The translations under genes and the position numbers were made by a program. A stretch of DNA of 64,000 nucleotides from Macrostomum hystrix (taxonomy: Eukaryota > Animalia > Platyhelminthes): assembly GCA_950097015.1 (NCBI GenBank), contig CATNEN010000005.1, forward strand, positions 4,216,001 to 4,280,000. The letters are read 5' to 3'. The notes under the pieces are model-generated. The model was not told the DNA's origin. It was given only the letters and a program-made list of their open reading frames with translations, and did no database searches. Shown here piece by piece: positions 26,501 to 36,872 of this stretch (position 1 is its first letter; each line of letters begins with the position of its first letter).

Positions 26501-27835
26501 CGACTTGGAGGTCGGAAGTTCGATTCCCGACTCAACTAGAACAGCTTGCGTCCATTTAGAAAGAGACTTAACTCTGCATGGCTTCAGTTCACCCAGCTGT
26601 TAAGTGGGTACCAGCATCAGCTGGGGTAATTAAGGGTGGATGTGAAGTCCCCCCAGTCCATGGACTGAACAGTCGTAAGTGGGCCTTCTCTCAAAAGCTG
26701 CGGCTGTGCTGTCTGCTCCACATCTGACCCAATTAAGGCAGGTGTATTATATACATATTTTAGTACGAGATAAAATAATTTTAATCTTACTGTATTTTGA
26801 GAATATACCACAGCCTAGAATCCTAGGAAATTATTGTTAGTCAATAAAAAGAGCTCGAGGCCCAGTGGTTAGGGTGCTTCATAGGGAGTTCTTGGTTAGG
26901 GAGTTCGAATTTTTGTCTAACTGCCTAGCGCTTCGGTTCGCCCTGCTGTAAAATGTATGCTAGCATCGGCTAAGGCGTAGAAATCTATGTTAGTGTGCCG
27001 ACCTGTCCTGTCCATGGACAGCGTCTTAGCTTGTGAAGCTGCAATGATATCAGGAATCATTCATAGTCTCGCATCATGTACAATGCTAAATACTCAATCG
27101 CAATGAACTCCAGGGCGCAGGCTACGGTGACGCTCACTTTGCCAACACCCTGCTGATTGCCTGCGGCCAAAGTCAGCACGTGAAATATCGTCGAGCAATT
27201 TGGGGCGAAATGTCCGCCTGTTTGCGCGTGATGTCGCTGCGGTTCAATGAGCTGTTGGTGCCGCTGGATCACCTGCTGGGCGACGGTGAGCGAAGCCTAG
27301 AAATGCTGCGGCTCTACGCTCAGGAACTATTCAGCGGCCGCGTGGGATGCGTTAGGTCAGTTGCTGGAGCGGTAACGGGCCAACCTCAAAGGCACACCGA
27401 GAGTGTACACTGCCTGACAATGAGAAAGTGTCAAGTTTGTGCCTAGTTTTGCTTATTAGAGTCAAAACAGTACCCACACCTGTAAATGCATCACCGTCTA
27501 GGTCTCCCGTGCCATATGGCTTGGCTGTGCACCACCTGTCTGCATTCCTCTATCAGCGAACCACCGACGACACAGCCATTGTGTCGGAGTTCCGTAATCT
27601 TCTTTGGTCGCACGTCCTGTCTCCGTCATCTGTCCAAACAAACCCGAGGTCTAAGCAGGATGCCTTGCTTCAGGCTCATCTGCTGTTGTGTGATCGATGC
27701 GAGTCACCGCTGCTAAGAGTGTACAGCGATGGTCTGCCTGCGCTGAGGCTGCAGTTCCTTGCCGATCGGTTGAATGCTGATCTCGACGCTGCCAGACGTT
27801 TGGTTTCTGACTGCATTGCAGCTCTAGCTGTGTGA
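17520..27835 (+). CDS. RPAP1: RNA polymerase II-associated protein 1. Exons 17520-17599, 17688-17782, 17913-17953, 18036-18300, 18760-18966, 19101-19509, 20144-20686, 21136-21559, 23735-24283, 25663-26415, 27114-27355, 27502-27835.
   Basis: Phase-consistent GT-AG exon chain with GFPRAFHR, ISEENWRRLESLSRDEILREKKRLEDSIDPRLLAFF (RPAP1 N motif), ARFDLEG...[30 protein letters not shown] (RPAP1 C motif), YGDAHF...YRRAIWGE and PYGLAVHHLSAF. Confidence 0.9.
18370..18700. repeat. 35-bp minisatellite, ~9 copies, RPAP1 intron
   Basis: Unit CCCATTGACTCCTCCAAGATCCTCAGGATTGAACT. Confidence 0.9.
19555..20112. repeat. 31-bp minisatellite, ~18 copies, RPAP1 intron
   Basis: Unit GTGTATTTCACACCTCCAGTCAGTGGGGTTT; it explains the long overlapping repeat ORFs. 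Confidence 0.92.
21600..22419 (-). mobile_element. 3'-truncated mariner transposon remnant in an RPAP1 intron
   Basis: Terminus TA|CGAGGAGCGTACTAAAGG at 22419-22421. Minus-strand peptides TVFRWY, CARWMPHNLT, IVTGDETWVYQYDPETKQQS and LLLHH, cut off just before the DNA motif. Confidence 0.85.
22535..22800 (+). mobile_element. tRNA-derived SINE, family 1 (CORE-like central domain)
   Basis: A-box-like AGTGGTCTAAGG, B-box-like AGTTCGATTCC, then AAAGACACTTAACTCTGCATTGCTTCAG...CAGCTGTTAAAT. Several other copies occur in the window. Confidence 0.7.
23195..23595 (-). mobile_element. tRNA-derived SINE, family 2 (hairpin central domain)
   Basis: Reverse complement matches 58146-58430 and 60140-60470: tRNA-like head, central GTGTACACTGCCTGACGATGAGAAAGTCAGGGCAGATGTACAC hairpin, AT-rich tail. 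Confidence 0.7.
24330..25600. repeat. 34-bp minisatellite in two blocks (24330-24605, 25400-25600) separated by ~790 bp of unrelated sequence
   Basis: Unit TTGGTTGGTCATTTATCCCATTCTACTGGATGCT on both sides. Confidence 0.88.
26480..26755 (+). mobile_element. tRNA-derived SINE, family 1 (CORE-like)
   Basis: Near-identical to 22575-22750 over ~170 bp, with TGGTTAGAGC and GTTCGATTCC boxes. Confidence 0.72.
26855..27050 (+). mobile_element. Possible third tRNA-derived SINE-like element
   Basis: GGCCCAGTGGTTAGGGTG (A-box-like) and GAGTTCGAAT (B-box-like), followed by GCTGTAAAATG and GTCCATGGAC, similar to family 1. Confidence 0.4.
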
Positions 27836-28844
27836 ACATATCCACTCCGTTAGCTGGTTCAAAGCATTTCACGATTGGCCTTTTAAACAGCAGCTCAATA
27901 TCCATACCCCTTTATTAAATAAACCAGACATTGAAGCGTAAAATTCTAGAATAAAAATGTGTTTCCATTTATTTGTCTAGGATATTTAAGCATGCGAGTC
28001 TGCAGTAAATTAGCCTAACAAGGCTCTGAATTATACATTACATTTGCTTGAGTCATATGATCGATGCATGCAAAACTGGGGTATAAAATCGTAGATAAGA
28101 TAAGAAAGAGTATCTGGATATTCTAAAGCTTTTATCACCCTTGATTAAAAATAGATTCGTAATCCGGGTTTAATATCCTTTCAGGAGTACTATCATATTC
28201 AATGCTTCAAAGTAGTTGATTCGCGAAAAAACAATCACATGAACTGTATTTTAAATGCCCACAATGCTTTTTTCTGTAACTCCCTAAGTATTCAACCAAT
28301 TATCTTGAAAATCCAGAACAAAGGCTAAAATTCCCGCTTTTTTTAATTGGACCAACTTCCAGTGTCACAAAACATCGGCATCGCCGAGATATTCAACAAT
28401 TCTCGTCGGGGTGCCTGGGGGCAAACACTACCGCGATGGCCATTGTTTTTCTGCTCACTTAATTTCATCATGTCGGCTGTCATTGTTGGTTCTATTCTAT
28501 TATTTATACTGCTAATTATTATATTTTGAAACACAGAGGTTAATACAGAGCTATGCTGTTGTCATTGGCACCAATGTCTTCGGCTGTAATGGCTGAATAT
28601 CCCGACGATACTGATGACAGGCGGCTTTGAAAGTTAGTTAATCGTAAGGAGCGGAAAATTTTGTTCTAATTGTGGACTTTCACGAAAATCGGTCATTCGG
28701 TTTGGGAGCTATCGTAAATTAAGCAGTGAGTATTTGAAATACCCCGTAGTCTTTCCCCAAGAGGAAAAACAGCGTGCGAAAAACATACTGTTAAGAGTAA
28801 ACTTTGAGCAAGCTCCCAAGGCATGAACTCGAGTTCGCCCGGAC

Positions 28845-31818
28845 TCAGTTGCCGTCGTGCTCAATTAGTAAGAACACAGTCTGGACACTCTCAGGTCTTG
28901 AGTTCGCACCCTGTTCATTGTTGGCAGGTGTTGCACAAACTATCGTGCTCCGTGGCATCATCACCGAGTAGGTGCAATTCTCCGCATTCTGAAGCATTTC
29001 ATTGTTGGGAGCGAGTCTTTCAAATAGTACAAAGACTGATCTTAGCCATTCGTGCTCAAGCCCCACATTAAACCCCATTGTTTGATGCTCCAAAGTCAGC
29101 CATAATGCACTCACATCGACTGTTGGGTCTCTGAATTGTGGCGGTGTCTCATGCAACTCAGCGTCGAACCCAGCCTGCTCCTCCTGTGAGCTGTCGCGAG
29201 TTCTCCTGGCACATCGCTGGAATGCACAGGTTGAGCAAAGTCAAACGCATTTACAATTTCACAATTTTGTTGTCAAATCGCTAATTACCTTGCCGATTAT
29301 GACAGCCATTCGAGTCACAATTACGGCTAGTACTACAGCGATCGGCACAAACAACGGTTTGAGAGACCTGTTAACCACTGTCTTCTTCAGTTCTGGTGTT
29401 GGCGACCATGTGCTTGAATAGCTGCCTGCATTTGTACCTGTTTCATCATCATAGTTACTTTCAGTTGTGCTATAGTATGCAGCTTGAGTTGTCTCAAACT
29501 TACTCGGAATGGTTGAGTCCGTTGTCAGAGGACAGGACACACTCTCTGTGGTGCTGTAGTTCCATGACAGTTTATCATCATTCCAATGTGCTGTGCATGT
29601 CACATTCACAGTCAGACAGTTTTCGCATTTCCAAATCGACCTGAATTTGCCGTCCACTTCAGTGACACTCGATGCAGTTGTTACTGTGGCATTTCCGTCC
29701 TGGTGGTCTCTCAGAAAGCATTTGTGCAGAGGATGTGGATCTGACTGCGTTGACTCGAAGGTGAAATTCCAATATGATGGCTCGGTGGCACAGGTGTCAT
29801 TTGAGTAGATGCTCAGTTTGCTTGGCGGATCTGAAATCGGGGATTGTCGAGTTTGTGAGACTCCAGACATTGCTGTGTGCGCTTGTGAAATGGCACTTTT
29901 GTGGAATTGATTGTATACTCACAGTAGACTTTGAGCAGTCGGGAGCTGAGGACCTCGTCATCCACTGTGCATGAGTAGTTGCCAGCGTGACTTTCGTTCA
30001 CATTTTGAATGGATTCTGACACGCTTCTTGCACTCGAGTTGCCAGAAGTTCGAATGGTGCTTCCGTTGGGCTTTGCGAGAGTCAGAATAACAGGTGCTGC
30101 ATGGCATACCTGGACAAGGCAGCTCACTGTGACGTTTGAGTTTCTCACAACCTCATAGAATGGCTCAATTGTAGCTAAATTTTTAAAGAACGATTGACTC
30201 AAGATTTGTTACATTGTTATAGAGAGATTCGCAAATATATTTTCTTGTGTCATTTTCAGTCATTGTCAGTAACTGCTTCCAAGGTTTACGAATTTGAACA
30301 CTAAAATGCTACCCATGCACTAGCAGGAGTTGGTTAGCAAGGTAAAGACTACTTTAATGTCACATCGAGCTGAAAATCTAACAATAATGTGTTCTTTCTA
30401 TACCGTGTTAATGGTTTTCACAGTTTTTCTGCTAGAAATCATAGAAAACATGCTTAAATTCCAGGTCTTTGTTTGTCTATTACAGTCCATTTTAGACTAT
30501 AAGCGTCGGGCTTTGTAATCAATTATGACTTTTTACGAGAATTATAATTACGAGTAAATAGAGATTTCATATAGTTAGAGAGATGATATATTGTAGTAAC
30601 ATAATTAGGCACGTTCGACAAACTCACCTTGTATTTCCAATTTATGAATCCACATACCAATAAAGTTCATGCACTGGTTTTGTGCATCAGAAACGTTTAC
30701 GACGTATTTTCTCAGCAAAATCATTCGGACCTGAAAACCGCATACAGTTTCTGGTTATGTCAGCACTGTTTCAATTTGGTGAAATAGAAGCGGAATAAAA
30801 TGTGCCTCTTTTTTGAGGTTACAGAAATTTGTCCCTAAAGAATGTGTATGTGACCCACATTCTCCATGCTAAATTACAGTCAACATTTGTGTTTTTGCTT
30901 GCTGTTTTATGCCTCGATCTTGAGTCATTTTGTTTGCAAATCTACTAAAATAAAATCAATGTGGATATTTTTCCAGAGAAACCCTAAGCTGCATTGCTGA
31001 TACAGAATATTGGCTTGCATTATACTCGCCTAATTAAACCCAAGGTTGCTCATGAATTATGTACCAGCAGTCACCTGATCGCCTCACCTGTTGCCTGACG
31101 CAGGGCACGCTCAAGTATTGTCCTGCAGAAACATTTGAGGGCGTCCTGCCGCACGGCTTCCAGATACCTGAGCTCTCTCCTCTGATGAAAGTAGAGCTGA
31201 TTTTCTTTGAGTCGCAGTGCTCATGTCCAAAATCGACGTCTGTTTGAGAAGTCCAGATCTCAATGTCTGCTCCTCTGGGGTTTATTTCAGCGATGGGAAC
31301 TTTATCTGCTTCTACAATGTCAATTAGTTATTTCTTTTGAGCTGCAAGCAAGAGCTTTAAGAGAATCGTTTGGAGCAGGTATTCAGTAGCTCTTGATTGT
31401 AAATTAACTGAATCGCTCACCTGCTCTGGCCCTGATGCCCACAGAGCTGATCAGCTCAGGCCTCTTCAGTTTGATCACAAACCAGTGATAGCCTGCATCT
31501 GTGTCATTCTTACTGGCTTTGGAGTGGAAGAATCTGTAGAAATACTTGGATTCTGTCTCTGTGGACTGGTTTTTAAAGCACAGTGCACCTTTACCGTGAT
31601 CAATAAAGCTGGACGACTGCCAGGAGTCAGCGATGGAATCTTTGGTGATGTTGAGAGTGCCTGAAACGAAAATAAGTTTAGAAACTTTGTCAGAATATAT
31701 CAGATGGTTCATTCCGAGCAATGTCCATGGACTGCAACTCACAACTGTCACTGTCAGCCGCACACATTCTAGCAAGGAGGGCCGTTGCCAGCAAAATGCA
31801 GTTTAGCGCTGCAGCCAT
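28845..31818 (-). CDS. Receptor copy A: signal peptide, F-type-lectin-like domain, 2 Ig-like domains, S/T stalk, TM and Tyr-motif tail (~560 aa). Exons 31818-31743, 31660-31421, 31311-31088, 30730-30628, 30174-29923, 29830-29289, 29216-29115, 28988-28845.
   Basis: Eight exons join in frame with canonical GT-AG sites. Signal MAAALNCILLATALLARMCAA; lectin-like FFHSK..HWFVIKL...ISSVGIRAR..ADIEIW..C; Ig VTVSC...SHAGNYSC; junction KVYYPP; TM LFVPIAVVLAVIVTRMAVII; tail CTYSVM. Confidence 0.8.
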
Positions 31819-32339
31819 GCCTCAACTTTGCCTGAAACCTTCAGCAGATGTCGATGCAGTAAATGCAGATCTGTCTCTACCCAATAAGGGATGTCAATTT
31901 ATACATGGGTTGTTACTTATGAAAACTTTTCGATCTACTTCAACTGTGTGTCTTTTACCTGATAAATTATTATAAATTATCGTCCAATATTTATTCCTCG
32001 ACGAATGCATGAAATGAGACAACTTTCGACTTAGTGAATCGCTCTGGTGCATATCTATTATATATCCTGTTTATCATTTATCAGACATGGAATTCATTTA
32101 TATTATCAGATTTGCGAATTGATTAAATGCTTACAGAAAGGTACGATATTTTATCATCTCTTTTTAATAGCGTTTTCATCCAAGCGCATCGTGCCAAATC
32201 GTTTCCTGACAAGAAAACCTGGCCCAACGGCTGAGTTGTCGGCAAGGACATTTAACTAGTGGAAAATTATTTCGTTCGAACACTGCACGCTCTGAGAAGT
32301 ATATCTACCCCATCATTTAGTAAAGTCATGAGTCATGAG

Positions 32340-32615
32340 TACACATTGTCCTCCTATACATTGTGTGAACCGCACCTAATGCGTCAGAACTTTTGAGTTC
32401 AACCCCTCCGCTATACGTAAACTACTTGTCTGCTAGGCGTCATTTACCGCACCCTTGTTCTATCGCAAGCTTACCGCGCGTTGATTGGCTGTCGGCCTGT
32501 CTGGCCTCCCCCCTGCTGGGCTGTGATTGGCCAGTGGATGTCTGGGTTGGGGTGGTGTGGTTTCAGGCGTCCCCCGGCCCCAAGCATGCCCTGGCATTAT
32601 AAGACTTTATAAGGT
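32340..32615 (+). promoter_or_regulatory. LTR-like or promoter-like repeat (truncated copy of 46981-47475)
   Basis: Two ATTGG (inverted CCAAT) boxes and TATAA; homologous to 47020-47290. Confidence 0.4.
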
Positions 32616-32933
32616 GCACTTTAAATCTGGATTTAGGGCAACGACAGCACAATAACACTTGCCGAGATTTTGTTTATTTAATTTTTTTCTAATGAAGTTA
32701 AATTAATTAAATTATTCGACGAACAATAAAAAGAAGAAAAAATTGAGGTGTAGTCAAAAAGTTCATTTTTTATTGGTCAGGGAAGCGGAGTTAAATTAGG
32801 AGTTAAAAGTAAGAATAGTAAGAAACGCAAAGGACAATAGGAATCAAATAAAATATAATAATTAGAATAATCTCGCATTCTCATAAGGAATTTTGAGATG
32901 GGGTTCTAATTCCCTATGCAGTTCAGCATAACC

Positions 32934-35900
32934 TCATTGTTGATTTTTGTCTTGATTCCAACATTCCAACTCTGAGCGGGCCCCATTGCCATCTGTATTT
33001 TGGCTGACTTGTAGAATGGCCTCACAGCACCTGATGTTTACCCTTTCAAAAAGACAGCGGTCCCAAGGACCCAGGTTCCACGAGACAAAAGCCACCCAGG
33101 CCTCGGAGGCGTACAGAGCTATGCTTTCTATCATTGCTGTGCAGCACAGCATGAGCTGATCGTGTCTGACCGCCCCATGGCTAGCTAATTTCCTTAAGAG
33201 AAGAATAGGGTATCCACATTATATGTTAATCTCTGCGGCATGGGAATACACAGTTCTTTTAGCATTGATGTGAAAGCCTAGATATTTCCATTATTTGACG
33301 CTATCAACGAGGGGTGTCCAAAAAGTAGTTGGAATTTTCAACGTAGCTCATAGTTGGATTCAGATACAATAATTTCGTTAACTTTTCTTGAAAGCGGATT
33401 TATCGATCTATTCAATGTTTTTTTATTTTGTAAATGTCTTCTGACATTCAAAAGTGATGAGCTATTTAGTACAGTTCCCAGGGTACGACTCACAGAAGAT
33501 GACATTTTGAAGGCTTTCAATGAAGAAAGTTTTGCTTTGTACTTTTTCTGCATTAAGTTTACACGATGATGCCTACAGAAATGCTTGAGCATATCTATGG
33601 GCTTAACATGAGAACTATGCTCATGCAAGCATCACCAAAGCCAGTCAGTCTCAAGCTTTAGATGCAAGCCAGCTCAGCCAAGCATTTGTCAACTTGCGCA
33701 TTCGAAGCATCCGAAGATTGTGCAAACATGTCGGACATCCACTCGAAAGAGGGACAGCACCTTGCTATTTTCACTCTGTGGAGCATTGGACACAATGGGT
33801 CCGAGATTGTGAGCAACCTGCAGCGCATCCATGGACAACATGCAGTAAGCAAAAGCACAGTTTACCGGTGGATTGAGGAGTTTCAGGCCGGTCGAACCAA
33901 TGTGGCGGCATTGCCAAAATCTGGTCGGCCAAGGATGCCCGCATCCAAGACTCTTAACGATCGCATTTTGGATCTGCTTGAAGAAGATGCTCGCCTTACC
34001 ATCAGGGAAATCGCTGACCGACTGGATACGCCCAAGTCCACAGTTCATCATTGCATCCCAGCATGAATCTCGTTAAGCTCAGTGCCAGGTGGGTTCCCAG
34101 GCTTCTCACCCCGGAGATGAAAGCACAGCGACAAAACACATGCAACAGCAACTTCAGGCTTGTTGAAGATCGAGGTGGATGGGAGGCCTTTCGACAGCTC
34201 ATTGTCACGGGTGATGAAACCTTGCTGCCTCACTTCGACCCCCCAACAAAAGAAGAGTCAAAAGTCTGGGCAATAAAGGGCTCTGATCCTCCAATCAAGG
34301 CTCGTCGAGAGGCTCATTGCCAGAATGAGCCAGAATGTTGCTGCTTTTTTTCGATTGTCACGACCCCTTGACAATCGATTTCCAAGAGCCAAACACAACT
34401 GTCAATGCGGAGCGCTACATCTTGTCTCTGATGAAGCTCAAGGCTGACATCCACAATAAACGGCTCAGTGGAATCAAGCCCTCAGTTCTCCACCACGACA
34501 ATGCCCGACCGCACACGGCTTCAAAGACAGTGGAGGCAATTCAGGGCATGAAGTTTGAACTCCTGCCTCACCCACCCTACTCACCTGGCTTGGCGCCAGC
34601 AGACTTTTGTCTTTTTCCGAGACTGAAGGAGCTGCTTCAAGGCAAAGTCTACGCGAATCGTCACTGCCTTGAAGAAGAGGTTCGGCGCATCCTTGTTTTT
34701 GCGATTCCCAAGCAGCAATACGCTCATGCAATTGATTCGTTGCGCACTCGCTGGGAGAAGTGCATCAGCTGCAAAGGTGACTACGTAGAGAAGGTCCCCA
34801 TCCCTGAGGAAAAGGACATTTGAGTTGATGTTAAGATGAACTTCAATGGGATTACGATTGATAGTTTTGTTGTCATGTTTCGTCTTAATGACTACTTGTT
34901 AAAGTTTCTGTAAGTTGTACCCTGCTGGGGAACTGCACTACATTTTTCATAACTTTTGAATGCCAGAAGATAAAAGCAAAATTAAAAAAGTATTAGAGAT
35001 ACAGAAATCCGCTTTCATAAAACGTATAGGAATTTAATGTGTCTGAATCCGATTATGAGCTACGTTGAAAACTCCCACTACCTTTTGGACACCCCCGTAA
35101 CAGTTGTCCCTGCAGAAATAGTTTTTAGCCGACTTTGATGGGTCAGGCAACAGCTAATAACCTTAGTTTTTCGCATATTGATTTCTAGCTTGTGGCTCTG
35201 ACAAAATTCTAACACCTTATCGAGGCCCTTCAGCAGCTCTCGCAGATTCTCTCCAAAGATCACTAGATGATCGCAGTACAGCAAGTTGTTGATTTGTTCA
35301 ACTTTAATGAAGGTGTCGCTACGAAATTAATCCCTTAGCATTGTGCTCAAAGGATCTATATAGAGTGAGAAGAGTAGAGGGATAGGGGGCAGCCTTGTTA
35401 TGTTTATTGCCTTAGTTGCTTGGCCATCTGAGACCTTCAGTTGAAATTTAGCCCCTGAGTACATGCTTTGTATTGCTTCGATTATTTCTGGGCTGACCTT
35501 TAACTCCCTAAGTCGCTGGAACAGTGTTGGATGGTGGACCAAATCAACTGCGCTTTTAAAATCAAAGAATACTAACTAAGTGAACTGGTATTTTGCTGTG
35601 GATCAACGTCAAGAGAGTGGCAATGTGGTCTGAAGTTCGCTAGCCCTTCTATTTCCTATTTGGCTGGCTGAAAGCAATTCGAGGGTGCGAATATGAGCTT
35701 CTAACTTTTCATAGATAAGTGAGGCAAACAGGCGAGCCAGGGCAGGCAGCACGCTTATGGGTCTGTAGTTTTTAGGGTCACTACGGGATACCATTTTACA
35801 GATCGGTGTGATTAGGGCATTTGACCACTGCGCAGGAGCTTGGTCGAGTCTTACGATTGCGTTAAATAGCTCCAGAAGTACGGGTTTTAGCGTTACCTGT
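32934..35900 (-). mobile_element. Degraded non-LTR retrotransposon (LINE) reverse transcriptase, interrupted by a mariner
   Basis: QWSNALITPI..DPKNYRPISVL, FDFKSAVDLV, PLLFSLYID, LLYCDHLVI (YADD site) and KLEINMRKTK right of the mariner; it resumes with WKYLGF and IALYASEAW left of it. Confidence 0.85.
33308..35097 (+). mobile_element. Mariner (DD34D) transposon with ~190-bp imperfect TIRs and two frameshifts in the transposase (33725-34823)
   Basis: TVYRWIEEF, SARWVPRLLT, VTGDET, HHDNARPH and HPPYSPGLAPADF, with 34 residues between the last two Asp. 33308-33497 is inverted-homologous to 34907-35097. TA at 35098-35099. Confidence 0.92.
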
Positions 35901-36872
35901 CCGTAGATAATGTGCTAATTTGTTATGCCATCAATTCCTGCAAATTTAAATTAAAGAACCTCAAACATTTTATTCGAGAATAAAAACTGGTTTAATATGT
36001 TCTTTGATGAAGGATATCAGAACATGAACTGTCTGCATTAAATATCATATGATTTAACTGGGCTGTAAAATCGTAGTTAAGATAAAATTGAGAATCTTCT
36101 GGATATCCTAAAGCTTTTTATCACCCTCGATTAAAAATCTATTCATAATCTGCGTTAAGTTTAGTACATGAACTGAAGAAATACCCAAGGACCACTAGTA
36201 GATAGTGGTCTACTTAAGTAGTCCGTGGAAAGACCACGGCTGGTATTTTAAATACCCACAATGCCTTTTTCTGTATCTCCCTAAATATTCAGTCAAACGC
36301 CATGAAAATTATGAACGCGGGCTAACATTTTCCGCACACACCAATGGAAAAACTTCCAGTATCACAAAACATCGGCATCGCCGAGATATTCAAAAATTCT
36401 CGTCGGGGTGCCTGGGGGCAAACACCACCGCGATGGTCATTATTTTTCTCCTCACTTAATTTCATCATGTAATTATCATCATACGATGAACTAACTTTCA
36501 AAGCCGCCTGTCATCAGTATCGTCGGGATATTCAGCCATTATAGCCGAAGACATTGGTGCCAATGACAACCGCATAGCTCTGTATTAACCTCTGTGTTTC
36601 AAAAATATAATAATTAGCAGTATAAATAATAGAATAGAACCAACAATGACAGCCGACATGATGATAATTACATAAGGAGCGGAAAAAAATTTTCTTTGCG
36701 TGGAATTTCACGAAAATCGGTCATTCGGTTTGGGAGCTATTGTAAATTAAGCAGTGGGTAATTGAAATACCCCGTAGTCTTTCCCCCAAGAGGAGAACAG
36801 CGTGCGAAAAACATACTTTCAAGAGTAAACTTTGAGCAAGCTCCCAAGGCATGAACTCGAGTTCGCCCGGAC

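Noticed and set aside
28347-28529. Small ORF with a hydrophobic C-terminus
   Set aside because: The paralogous B flank is inverted through the hydrophobic part and stops early, so the ORF is not conserved.
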